NCBI GenBank assembly: GCA_947085655.1
Contig: CAMTXH010000006.1
Location: forward strand, 70,498 to 134,497
Source: an uncultured Omnitrophica bacterium
GTDB taxonomy: Bacteria > Omnitrophota > Gorgyraeia > JACQQV01
Reading direction: 5' to 3'
DNA length: 64,000 bases
Part shown: positions 45,939-54,989 of the stretch, piece by piece
Numbering within the stretch: the stretch's first letter is position 1
Layout of the letters: every line of letters begins with the position of its first letter
Program-made: the position numbers and the translations under genes
The notes under the pieces: generated by a model
The model's input: the letters and a program-made list of their open reading frames with translations, nothing else
The model's database searches: none
Told to the model about the DNA's origin: nothing

Positions 45939-46345
45939 CGTTTGAACAAGGATACTTTCGGGAATTTAAATTTACCAAAGCGCAAATTGCTCAGTATGTT
46001 CGGAATGCCGGTCGCGACCTGCAAATTGCCAAAGAAGATTCCCATCTTGAGGTCCGGTTCACGTATAGTTACCAAGCACTCATCAAAATCGCCATTGCGC
46101 TCGTTGCCAAGGAAGGGTATAGGGTCCGCAGTATTCCGGGGCATCATGTGAAGTTGTTGGCGAAAGCATCCGAACCTTTGAAGGATCCCGATGTCTTGGC
46201 GATCGGAGACGCCATGCGGACAAGGAGAAACGATGACTTCTATGGGGAAGGAATTTTAATTACCGAGAAAGAAGCGACGGATTACCTTGAATTTGTTCGG
46301 CGCATCCTCACCAAAGCCGAACACCTCATCCAAGGTAAGTCCTAA
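45935..46345 (+). CDS. HEPN-like protein (toxin partner)
   Basis: ATGA-coupled to MNT; helical; GHH and RRNDDFY (R-N-x3-Y variant). Confidence 0.8.
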   Translation: MTFEQGYFREFKFTKAQIAQYVRNAGRDLQIAKEDSHLEVRFTYSYQALIKIAIALVAKEGYRVRSIPGHHVKLLAKASEPLKDPDVLAIGDAMRTRRNDDFYGEGILITEKEATDYLEFVRRILTKAEHLIQGKS

Positions 46346-46410
46346 AACATTTGAAGCAAGAGGAAACTTCTAGTCTTCCGGATACTAGAAGATCTCCCCT
46401 TTAAAGTTTC

Positions 46411-46468
46411 GTAGGGACTGTCCCCCATACTCTTCCCAGAGTCACTTCTGTGGGGGGACTGTCCCTAC
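46411..46468. repeat. GGGACTGTCCC palindromic (REP-like) unit 3
   Basis: GTAGGGACTGTCCCCCA...TGGGGGGACTGTCCCTAC, abutting the kamA stop. Confidence 0.85.
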
Positions 46469-47596
46469 CTACTCATCGGCGTATTCCGGGTATTCGAAGA
46501 TCTCCCCTTTATAGTTACGAAGGATCACTTTGCCGTCCCCCATGCTGACGATGTAATTGGGCTGGATCGGAATCTTCCCTCCCCCGCCGGGCCCGTCAAT
46601 CACATACGTCGGCACGGCATAGCCGGTCGTATGACCCCGCAGTCCTTCGATGATCTCGACCCCCTTCTGAACCGCAGTCCGGAAATGCGTCGTTCCCTTC
46701 ACCAAGTCACACTGGTAGATGTAGTAGGGACGGACTCGGATCATGAGGAGTTTGTGCATTAATTCTTTCATCACTTCCACAGAGTCGTTGATTCCTCTAA
46801 GGAGCACGCTTTGGCTTCCCAAGGGAATGCCGGCATCGACCATCCGTTCGCAGGCCTCCTTCACTTCCGGCGTAATCTCCTTCGGATGATTCACATGGAC
46901 ACTCATCCAGACCGGATGATACTTCCGGACCATTTCGCAAAATTCCGGCGTGATCCGCTGCGGAAGGGCAAACGGAATCCGGGAGCCGATCCGTAAAAAC
47001 TCGATATGTTTAATCGAGCGGAGTCTCTTCAGCATGTATTCGATTTTTGAGTCGATCAAAAGAAGAGGATCTCCGCCCGATATCAAGACATCCCTGACAA
47101 CCGGCGTTTTCTCAAGATACTCACAGGCCCGGTCGAAATTTTCCTGGACAAAAGGGTTCCGCTTGTCCTCGCCGACGATCCGGCTTCGGGTGCAGTAACG
47201 GCAATAAACCGCACAGCGGTTCGTCACCAAAAGGAGCACCCGGTCCGGATACCGATGGACCAGCCCCGGCACCGGCATGTGGCTGTCCTCCCCGCAGGGG
47301 TCGGTCATCTCAAGGGGCGAAACAATCAGTTCCCCCGCCCTCGGGACAAACTGCCGCCGGATCGGGCAACTCGGATCCTGGGGATCCATCAGGATGGCGG
47401 TATGGGGGGTAATGGCCATGGAGAGTTTATGCTTTGGAAGTTTAAGCCCCTCCTCTTCCTCGGGTGTGAGTGTAATGATCTGTTCCAGCTCTTCCTTGGT
47501 CTTCAGACTGTTCCGGAGTTGCCACTTCCAGTCGTTCCACTCCGCATCCGAAACACCACTCCAAATTCCCCGTGCGGCCTTTACCGCAATCGCCAT
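46469..47596 (-). CDS. kamA: KamA-family radical SAM aminomutase (lysine 2,3-aminomutase-like)
   Basis: WNDWKWQ, HRYPDR, CAVYCRYC, SGGDPL, PGGGGK; AGGAGG RBS before ATG 47596. Confidence 0.92.
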   Translation of the reverse strand: MAIAVKAARGIWSGVSDAEWNDWKWQLRNSLKTKEELEQIITLTPEEEEGLKLPKHKLSMAITPHTAILMDPQDPSCPIRRQFVPRAGELIVSPLEMTDPCGEDSHMPVPGLVHRYPDRVLLLVTNRCAVYCRYCTRSRIVGEDKRNPFVQENFDRACEYLEKTPVVRDVLISGGDPLLLIDSKIEYMLKRLRSIKHIEFLRIGSRIPFALPQRITPEFCEMVRKYHPVWMSVHVNHPKEITPEVKEACERMVDAGIPLGSQSVLLRGINDSVEVMKELMHKLLMIRVRPYYIYQCDLVKGTTHFRTAVQKGVEIIEGLRGHTTGYAVPTYVIDGPGGGGKIPIQPNYIVSMGDGKVILRNYKGEIFEYPEYADE

Positions 47597-47609
47597 GCTC
47601 TGCCCTCCT

Positions 47610-48680
47610 TTAGGATGCCGCCAGTCGATTGGTCTTCTGCCACAACTTCTCCTGCGGCACCGATTTTGCCCTTTTGCGGGCAATGGCACATTCCACAATT
47701 TTTCCGATGACGTCGGCATAAGAGAGTCCGGCGGCCTGCGCCGAACGGATGAAACCCGCATCCGACGAAATGGCAGGATTCGGATTCACTTCAATAATAT
47801 AAGGGGTCTCTCCCCTGGCTCTGAAATCGACCCGGACATAATCCCGGCACCCGAGCGCCGCGGAAGCCCTCAAGGCAAGGGCGTGGAGTCTTTTCTCAAG
47901 CGAAGAAGAAAGGGATGCGGGACAGACCGGCGGCGTTTTTTTATACTCCGGGGAATCCTCCTTCCACTTGGAAGCAAAGGTCAGGATCCGGGGCATGCCG
48001 GGAGGAATGGAGGAAAAATCAATTTCAGAAATCGGAAGGATCTGGGCGTTTTTTCCGTTTCCGAGAATCGCCACATTGAATTCCCGGCCGTCAATATACT
48101 CCTCCGCAATGACCGGCTGGTGGTACTTTACCATCATCTTCATGACCTGTTCGCGGAGGGCCGTTTCGTTTTCCACGACCGAATCCTTCTCCATGCCAAG
48201 ACTCCCATCCTCATGAAGGAGTTTCACGATGAGGGGAAACTGGACATTGGCCGGAAGCGCTTCGAGTCCGGTTTCAAAGACCAGATGAGCCGGCACCGGG
48301 AGGCCATTGGCTGACAAAAACCGCTGGGTCTTTGATTTGTTGAGGGAAAGTCCCAGGGTCAGAGGTCCGGATCCGGTATAAACCACTCCCAAAAGCTCCA
48401 TGAGAGATGCCACATACGCCTCGTACACCCCCTCCCCCTTGATATCCTCGCAGAGGTTGAAGACAATATCCCCCCGGTAAAGGAGGAGTTCCTGGAGAAA
48501 GGTCTCGATGTTCTGATAGACAATTTGTAGGCGGCGGGTCGTGTAGCCGAGCCGGGAGAGGGCCTGCTCCACCTCTTTGGCTTCGGTAAGGATGTCATCC
48601 TGGGAAGAGAGCGACCGATCTTCCGATCCCTCCCCGTATTGACTGTTATCGTAAAGAATGGTGATGGGTTCTCGATACAT
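47610..48680 (-). CDS. D-Ala-D-Ala-ligase-like ATP-grasp protein 2
   Basis: VFNLCE, YTGS, EEYIDGREF, RVDFR, EVNPNP. Confidence 0.9.
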   Translation of the reverse strand: MYREPITILYDNSQYGEGSEDRSLSSQDDILTEAKEVEQALSRLGYTTRRLQIVYQNIETFLQELLLYRGDIVFNLCEDIKGEGVYEAYVASLMELLGVVYTGSGPLTLGLSLNKSKTQRFLSANGLPVPAHLVFETGLEALPANVQFPLIVKLLHEDGSLGMEKDSVVENETALREQVMKMMVKYHQPVIAEEYIDGREFNVAILGNGKNAQILPISEIDFSSIPPGMPRILTFASKWKEDSPEYKKTPPVCPASLSSSLEKRLHALALRASAALGCRDYVRVDFRARGETPYIIEVNPNPAISSDAGFIRSAQAAGLSYADVIGKIVECAIARKRAKSVPQEKLWQKTNRLAAS

Positions 48681-49716
48681 GCTCCACCAGTCCTACCCGC
48701 TTGCAAGCGATTGAAAAAACCTTGAGGATGAGTTCTTCATACGTCATTCCCATGGCGCGGGCCGCCTTTGGAAAACAGGAATTCTGTTCCGGATCCGGAA
48801 GAATCCCGGGAAGGGGATTCACCTCGATGATTTGCGGCTCCCCTTTTGCATCCAGCCGGAGATCTATCCGGCACCAGTCCCGGCATTTCAATGCGAAAAA
48901 GGCCTCCCGGGAGAGCTCCGCCAGACGCTTCTCTAGCTCGGGCGGAATCTTGGCCGGACATTCAAAGATCCGGAGAGGAGAAGAAGGGGTATCCCAGACC
49001 CACTTGGCCTCGTACGAATAAATTGGGTTGGCTTTTTTGGGCAGGGCCTTCAGGTTAATTTCAACGACTGGAAGGACCTCAAGAGAGGGACCATTTCCCA
49101 GAAGGGCAACGGTGAATTCCCTCCCTGGGAGAAACTCCTCCACCAAGGCAGGCTGATGATAGCACTCCAGGATGCGATGGACTTCTTTCCGGAGGGTTTG
49201 GTCATTTTCAGCGACTGAACTGTCCGGAATCCCCTTGCTTGACCCTTCCCAAACGGGCTTCACGATGAGGGGAAACTCAAGACCGTTCCGCTGAAAACTC
49301 GGGCTTTTGAAAACGAGGAAGTCAGGGGTGGGAATCCGGTGCTGCCGCAGGACCCGTTTTGTCCAGGCCTTATCCAGGGTAATGGTGAGGGTTTCGGGAC
49401 TCGATCCGGTATAAGGAATAGAGAGGCGCTCCAAAAGCGCCGGAATTTCCGCCTCCCGCAAGGGACCAAAACGGCCTTCTGCGATGTTAAAAACGATATT
49501 GGGCCGTTCCTGTTTCAGGCGCTGGGCTGCCGATCGGTCCGCCTCAATCAAGACCACTTCGTGATAGCGACAAAGGGGCCTTGCGATTGCCTGAATGGTC
49601 TCGGCTTCATCCCATTCCAGATAGGCGTCTTCCGGGACCCCCTTCCTTCTTCCGTTTCCAGCCGCCCCGAGAGTCCCGACCTCTTTTTTTTCGTTATAGG
49701 TCAGGCCAACCTTCAC
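48646..49716 (-). CDS. D-Ala-D-Ala-ligase-like ATP-grasp protein 1
   Basis: VFNIAEG, PYTGS, KPVWEGSSKG, RIDLR, EVNPLPG. Confidence 0.9.
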   Translation of the reverse strand: MKVGLTYNEKKEVGTLGAAGNGRRKGVPEDAYLEWDEAETIQAIARPLCRYHEVVLIEADRSAAQRLKQERPNIVFNIAEGRFGPLREAEIPALLERLSIPYTGSSPETLTITLDKAWTKRVLRQHRIPTPDFLVFKSPSFQRNGLEFPLIVKPVWEGSSKGIPDSSVAENDQTLRKEVHRILECYHQPALVEEFLPGREFTVALLGNGPSLEVLPVVEINLKALPKKANPIYSYEAKWVWDTPSSPLRIFECPAKIPPELEKRLAELSREAFFALKCRDWCRIDLRLDAKGEPQIIEVNPLPGILPDPEQNSCFPKAARAMGMTYEELILKVFSIACKRVGLVEHVSRTHHHSLR

Positions 49717-49737
49717 TGTCGCGTCACATTCTCGCCT

Positions 49738-50067
49738 TTAGGGGTTCCCTCCTAAAAGCGAAACCCGTTCCTTTAGGGTACTCCGCGCAATGGTATCCAC
49801 CAATCGCAGTACCCGAAAGATCCGGTCGTCCGCCACCGCGTAGTAGACGTTTGCCCCCTCCTGCCGGGACACCAGAATGTTGGCATGTTTCAATGCCGCT
49901 AAATGACGCGACACGTTTGATTGTCCAATTCCGATGGCAGAGACAATGTCTCCGACCGCCTTTTCTCCTTCTTTCAAGGATTCTAAAATCTCCAACCGGA
50001 CCGGATGCGCCAGCGCCTTCAGGTAATTTGACTTGAGATTTCGCCGTGCAATCTGGACACGACCCAT
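49738..50067 (-). CDS. ArsR/SmtB-family regulator
   Basis: KALAHPVRLEIL, QSNVSRHL; AGGAG RBS. Confidence 0.92.
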   Translation of the reverse strand: MGRVQIARRNLKSNYLKALAHPVRLEILESLKEGEKAVGDIVSAIGIGQSNVSRHLAALKHANILVSRQEGANVYYAVADDRIFRVLRLVDTIARSTLKERVSLLGGNP

Positions 50068-50112
50068 CCGAATGACTCCTATATACACATATCCCTCTTG
50101 TCGCCTATGAAA

Positions 50113-50141
50113 ATATTAGCATATGTCTATTTACTTGTCAA
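50113..50141 (-). promoter_or_regulatory. Promoter of the arsR-ddl-ddl-kamA operon
   Basis: TTGACA-17-TAATAT with extended -10 TG. Confidence 0.7.
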
Positions 50142-50149
50142 GGGATTTT

Positions 50150-51259
50150 TTACTCGTTGGTGAGAAGCCAGTCCAGCCGGAGGGTCTTTTCAATGTCCTT
50201 CACAGCCCCTTTAGCCCGTTTTTCAAGGTCGGAAAGCCCGAAGGTCTGGGTGACCACCCTTCCGACCCCCATCCGGAGGGTCCGGGCCAGGTTCTGGCGG
50301 ATGCTTTCCTTGACATCCTCTCCAAGAGCGAAAGCCGGGTCATGGAGGGAACCGCTCACCTTCACCGGAAAGGCGACCACACCCTGACTATCCCGCAGAT
50401 AGGCCAAAAGCTGTTCCTGGGAAATGCCGAAAATCGTCTCAACCAGTGCACTGGCGGGAGAGGGGCGAAGGAGAAGGTCATGGATCTGGATCAGCCCGAC
50501 CCCCCGGAGCATCCCTTCTGAAATCTCCAAATCTCCTTCCAGATCCAGCCAGCCGCGCGCCAATCCCATCGGCACCGGCTGAGTCAAATATGGGTTCCAG
50601 GGGGGAAGGTCCATCTCCTGGACCATCACTCCCATTCGGAGATCCCCTTTTTGCGGCTCCAGCCATCCCTTGAGCCGAAGTGAGCCGGCGGAGGGAAACG
50701 ACCCTGCGCCCACCTTCCCTTCCAGCCAGAAAGGAATTTCGCCGCTTTGGAGCGGAAAACGGAGCTTCTCTGCTCCAGCGGTTACCTCCCGAAGATGCAC
50801 GGCATATTCCCCCGGGATAGACCCATCGGAAATTTCCAAGCTTCCCTCTTTGATGGAGAAGGATTGGACAGAAAAAGTCCTTTTTGGGGCAGGGATCCTG
50901 GTTGGGCCTCTTTCTTTTAAATAACGGAAGAGATTCAACGACCCATCCGGATGCCGGTAAAGCCAAAGGGTCGGACGCTCCACCGATACCTTTTCCACTT
51001 CAATCGCCTCAGACAAAAGGGACTTCCAGCGGGGAACAAGGGTCACCCGCTCCGTGCGAAACCGTTCGCGCCCCTTTGCGAAAAGACGGAGATGGGAAAG
51101 AACAATCTGACCCGGCCGCTCAAGAGAGACCTTGAGCAGAAAGACATCCAGCCCTGTTGTCCTTTCGAGGAGCGTCACGGTAGCGGTTTTTAAGAGGAAG
51201 GGGAAAGCGAGGGTAAGGACAACAATCAAAATGAGGGACCAAAGGAGAAAATACTTCAC
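50150..51259 (-). CDS. DUF748/AsmA-like envelope protein
   Basis: N-terminal TM, beta-rich, PVKVSGSLHDP.F. Confidence 0.75.
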   Translation of the reverse strand: MKYFLLWSLILIVVLTLAFPFLLKTATVTLLERTTGLDVFLLKVSLERPGQIVLSHLRLFAKGRERFRTERVTLVPRWKSLLSEAIEVEKVSVERPTLWLYRHPDGSLNLFRYLKERGPTRIPAPKRTFSVQSFSIKEGSLEISDGSIPGEYAVHLREVTAGAEKLRFPLQSGEIPFWLEGKVGAGSFPSAGSLRLKGWLEPQKGDLRMGVMVQEMDLPPWNPYLTQPVPMGLARGWLDLEGDLEISEGMLRGVGLIQIHDLLLRPSPASALVETIFGISQEQLLAYLRDSQGVVAFPVKVSGSLHDPAFALGEDVKESIRQNLARTLRMGVGRVVTQTFGLSDLEKRAKGAVKDIEKTLRLDWLLTNE

Positions 51260-51873
51260 CGGTGGTTTGTCAGGTGAGCGGTGTCGTTGATGCGGGTGAC
51301 AACCGTTCCCCGGGAGGTCCCGGTCCGGATCTCCGTCAATCCGGCATTGTCAAGCCGCAGACGGATTAGGAACTGATCTCTGTCCCCTTTCAGAAGGCGG
51401 GAAAGAACCGCGGCGATCACACCACCATGAGTCACGATTAAAAGGTTCCCCTCCGATTTCCGCTTCAGGAGTCGTTTAAAGGTCTTCAGGACCCTCCTCT
51501 GGAATCTGGAAACCGCCTCCGCCTTCGGAATCCGGACCTTGGAGGGCGTTTTGAGCCACTTTTGGTAGCCGTTCCGGTAGGCGCGGTTGATCTCTTGGGG
51601 GGTCATCCCTTCCCACGCCCCCAGATCTATCTCTCGAAGCCCTCTTTCGTACAGAATCGGGACACTGAGTTCCTTTTGAATGAGCCGGGCGGTTTCCCGG
51701 CTCCGGAGAAGGTCGCTTGCAACAATCCGGGAAATTCCCTCCCGTTTCAGCCGGCGGGCCAACTGCCGTGCCTGACGCTTCCCTTCAGCCGAAAGAGAGG
51801 GATTATGGCTTCCCTGAAGCCGATTTTGCTCATTCCAGATTGTCGAACCGTGACGGACAAAATAGATGTTCAT
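51256..51873 (-). CDS. Histidine phosphatase (CobC/GpmB-like)
   Basis: RHG, SDLLRS, E.DLGAWEG, THGG. Confidence 0.92.
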   Translation of the reverse strand: MNIYFVRHGSTIWNEQNRLQGSHNPSLSAEGKRQARQLARRLKREGISRIVASDLLRSRETARLIQKELSVPILYERGLREIDLGAWEGMTPQEINRAYRNGYQKWLKTPSKVRIPKAEAVSRFQRRVLKTFKRLLKRKSEGNLLIVTHGGVIAAVLSRLLKGDRDQFLIRLRLDNAGLTEIRTGTSRGTVVTRINDTAHLTNHR

Positions 51874-51925
51874 GCCTTAATCAGCAGAAAGGATGGGCCT
51901 TGGGCAGGATGGGGAGACAAAGGCG

Positions 51926-52288
51926 TTATGGCTGATTGGGCTGGGACTGCTTTTCGAGCTCAAAGATACGGGATTCCAGGACCTGCTTCTCCCGAAGAAG
52001 CCGGTCATGGTCATTCTTCAGAGAAATCTTGATGTCCACAAGACGATCGTATTCCTCACGAAGAGCCGACTTTTCTCCAAGCGCCTCCGCCAATTTCGAA
52101 CGGCTTTCGGCCAATTCCTCCTTCACGGTCTCTTTTTCCTTTTCAAGGTCACCCTTCTCCTTCGTCAAGACGGTCACCTGATCCCTGAGCTTGTCCCGCT
52201 CCCTGCGAAGTTCGTTGTATTTTTCCTTGGAAACCCCGCACCCGGCCAAAAAGAGCACCGCCAGTACAAGAAGTTCAATTCTTTTCAT
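51926..52288 (-). CDS. Coiled-coil lipoprotein
   Basis: Lipobox LAGC, heptad repeats; GAGG RBS. Confidence 0.75.
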   Translation of the reverse strand: MKRIELLVLAVLFLAGCGVSKEKYNELRRERDKLRDQVTVLTKEKGDLEKEKETVKEELAESRSKLAEALGEKSALREEYDRLVDIKISLKNDHDRLLREKQVLESRIFELEKQSQPNQP

Positions 52289-52713
52289 TGCGATTCCTCT
52301 TGCTGAAGATACTGTTTCAGTTTCTCCCAAGTGACCGGTCCGACCACGCCGTCCGCTTTAAGCCCTTGGGAACCTTGGAAATCCTCAATCGCTTTTTGGG
52401 TGAGAGGGCCTGCCTTTCCGTCAACGGCTCCCGCGTAGTATCCCGCACCCTTCAGCGCAGCCTGGATCAACCGGGTTTTTTCGGAGGCATTTTGAGGAAG
52501 TTCCGAAAACGCAACAGGCGCAGAGACGGATGGAGAGGCGGTTACGCTCACTGCCGGTGAAACCGGCCTCGATGAAACAACCGTTACCCCCGGAGCCGGC
52601 TCCGACCAAGTCGGTTCCGTGCCGACCGTTTCATGGGCTTCCTCCCGCGACCCGCATCCCGAAAAAAAGAGCACCACAAAACCTAAAAAAACACCCAAAA
52701 AAAATTTTGGCAT
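52285..52713 (-). CDS. Peptidoglycan-binding-domain lipoprotein
   Basis: FSGC lipobox; IQAAL..GYY...DG..GP.T..A...FQ...GL.ADG.VG..T. Confidence 0.88.
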   Translation of the reverse strand: MPKFFLGVFLGFVVLFFSGCGSREEAHETVGTEPTWSEPAPGVTVVSSRPVSPAVSVTASPSVSAPVAFSELPQNASEKTRLIQAALKGAGYYAGAVDGKAGPLTQKAIEDFQGSQGLKADGVVGPVTWEKLKQYLQQEESQ

Positions 52714-52798
52714 CAAAGCCCTCCCTTTTAAATTAGAGTTCATTATAAACGGGGGCACTTCTCTTGTCAAGGCCGTCCGGTTAGGGTAGGATAATCGT

Positions 52799-54268
52799 GT
52801 GAAGCCGCTCAAACAACTCATCCCGAGCCATGTCTGTCTCTCCTGCCGGGTCTGCTGCCGTTTTGCAGAGCAGAAGAGCACCATGGTCCCGCGTTTCATG
52901 CAGGAGGAAGTGGACCGGCTTTCCCCAAAAGAGCGGACCTTCTTCCAGACCTCCGGGAAGAGTCCCCGCCGTCCCGCCTTGAAACACTATGAAGGGACCT
53001 CCGGTCAAACTTGCGCCTGTCCCTTCTTCAATCCGGTCACACAGGAATGCACCATCTACCCCAACCGTCCTCTGGATTGCCAACTCTACCCTTTTGTGTT
53101 GACCTTCGGGGCAACGCGCAAGCGGATCCTTTTGAGTTTGGATACCCAATGTCCTTTTGTACAGGACGCTGCCAATCAGGAGGCGCTGGCCGGCTACGGC
53201 GATTATGTTCGGGATTATCTTGAGGAAAGATCGCTCGTTTCATCCCTCTCCCTTAATCCCGGTTTGGTCAGTGAAGATGGGCCGAGCTTTCTTCCTTTTT
53301 TTCCCCTTGCCGGGCTTTCGGAAAAAATTTGTCGTGTCACCCTCTATGGGGATCTCTCTCCCCTCCCTCGCGGCTGGAATCCGGTCACTCTCGAGGACCA
53401 CGAGTTTTTGAGGAGGCGTTTCTCCGGTTCGCCGCGCGAATTTTCCGAGGAATCGTTCGTCTCCTCCGTTATTTTTTCAGACCTGATGCATTTCTATTGG
53501 AAGGAAAAAGAAGGGGTCCTTTTTATGGTCGCTCAACAGGGAAACCGTTTTTTCATGTCGGTCCCTCCGCTCGTGCCGAAAAGAACGGATCGTCATCTCC
53601 GGTCCGCTTTCGAAATGCTTTCCGAATTAAATCCGCCGGGGTCTGCGGGCCGGATTGAGGGGCTGACCGAAGAAGAGGCGGCCCTTGCCGCCTCATTCGG
53701 TGCTTGCTGCTATCCGAAGCCGCCGGAGTATCTTTACGAACGGAAGTCCCTTGTAGAGCTCTCCGGAGACCCTTATAAATCGAAGCGTGCGCTTTGCAAC
53801 TATTTTACCGGTCATTATCCGTTTACGCTGGAGCCGTATCAATCTTCGGATTTTCTGGAATGTCTCCAATGTTTCAAACGATGGCAGAATGAAAAACAGA
53901 AAAAGACAGAAGATACCTACGCCCTCGCCTTGCTGGAGGATGCCGCATTTGTGCATCGTCGGGCACTCCTCCATGCGGAGGCACTCGAGCTCGAAGGCAA
54001 AGTCATCCGAATCGCGGGAGAAGTTAAAGGATACACCTTCGGCTACCCCCTCAAGGAGGACACCTGGTGCATCCTTCTTGAAATCGCTGACCCCTCCATC
54101 AAGGGACTGGCGCAATTTCTCTTCAGGGAGTTCTGCCGGGAAAAGAGCGGATTTGAGTGGATCAGTGCGATGGATGATTCGGGGCTTGAAAGTCTCAGGC
54201 AGGTCAAGCGTTCCTATCGCCCCGCACGGATTAAAACTCCTTTTGTGGCTTCCCGGGAAGGCCCCTGA
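52799..54268 (+). CDS. CxxCxxCC (YkgJ-like) domain fused to a DUF2156 aminoacyl-transferase-like domain
   Basis: CLSCRVCC, CPF..C.IY..RP..C.LYPF; EYLY...L.G, GL.Q.KRSY.P. Confidence 0.8.
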   Translation: MKPLKQLIPSHVCLSCRVCCRFAEQKSTMVPRFMQEEVDRLSPKERTFFQTSGKSPRRPALKHYEGTSGQTCACPFFNPVTQECTIYPNRPLDCQLYPFVLTFGATRKRILLSLDTQCPFVQDAANQEALAGYGDYVRDYLEERSLVSSLSLNPGLVSEDGPSFLPFFPLAGLSEKICRVTLYGDLSPLPRGWNPVTLEDHEFLRRRFSGSPREFSEESFVSSVIFSDLMHFYWKEKEGVLFMVAQQGNRFFMSVPPLVPKRTDRHLRSAFEMLSELNPPGSAGRIEGLTEEEAALAASFGACCYPKPPEYLYERKSLVELSGDPYKSKRALCNYFTGHYPFTLEPYQSSDFLECLQCFKRWQNEKQKKTEDTYALALLEDAAFVHRRALLHAEALELEGKVIRIAGEVKGYTFGYPLKEDTWCILLEIADPSIKGLAQFLFREFCREKSGFEWISAMDDSGLESLRQVKRSYRPARIKTPFVASREGP

Positions 54269-54989
54269 ATTTCCGGAGCTGCTTCAGGGTCACCTGAAAA
54301 TCTTTCGGCAGGGGTGACTCTACAGTAATCTCCCGCCCGTCCAGATTCCGGAAGCGAAGACCCACCGCATGAAGAGTGAGGCGGTCGATGAGCGGTTTTT
54401 CCCCTTCCTCCTTCCTTTTATAGCCGGGCTTCAACTCCGAAAGGTAGAGCGCTTGGCGATGGCCGTAGAACTGATCCACCGCAAGGGGATAGCCGATACT
54501 GGCCAAGTGCACCCGGACCTGGTGTGTTCGTCCGGAAAGCGGTTTGACAAGAAGGAGGGTAAATCCCCGAAATTTTTCAAGGACCCCGTAGAGGGTCAGG
54601 GAAGGCTTTCCCCGCTTCCCGGCCACTTCGGTTTTTCCGGGACGCAACGGATCTTCCGCAATGGGCTGTTCAATCCGACCGCTCTTCTCCGCCAGTTCCC
54701 CTTCCACCAAAGCGTAATAGGTCTTGGTCACGGCGTGGGTCTGAAACTGTCGGGAAATCTCCCGCTGGCTTTCAAGATCCTTGGCAAAAAGGATGAGGCC
54801 GCTTGTCTCTTTGTCCAGACGGTGAACCAGCCGGAGACTTGAACTCAGTGTCTCCCGCATGGTTCCCAAGAGACTGATTTTCGTCTTGTTCCACCGATCC
54901 GGAATCGTCAGAATCCCGGCCGGCTTGTTCACCACCACCAAGTGTGAATCTTCATAGAGAATTTCGGGTGCGAGGGAATCGGTTTTCAC
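54231..54989 (-). CDS. RluA/RluD-family pseudouridine synthase
   Basis: NKPAG, HRLDKETSG, GRTHQVRVH, LHA. Confidence 0.95.
   Translation of the reverse strand: MKTDSLAPEILYEDSHLVVVNKPAGILTIPDRWNKTKISLLGTMRETLSSSLRLVHRLDKETSGLILFAKDLESQREISRQFQTHAVTKTYYALVEGELAEKSGRIEQPIAEDPLRPGKTEVAGKRGKPSLTLYGVLEKFRGFTLLLVKPLSGRTHQVRVHLASIGYPLAVDQFYGHRQALYLSELKPGYKRKEEGEKPLIDRLTLHAVGLRFRNLDGREITVESPLPKDFQVTLKQLRKFRGLPGKPQKEF

Noticed and set aside
43620-46468. GGGACTGTCCC repeats as a CRISPR array
   Set aside because: The units are irregularly spaced, the intervening sequences resemble each other or are whole genes, and there are no cas genes.
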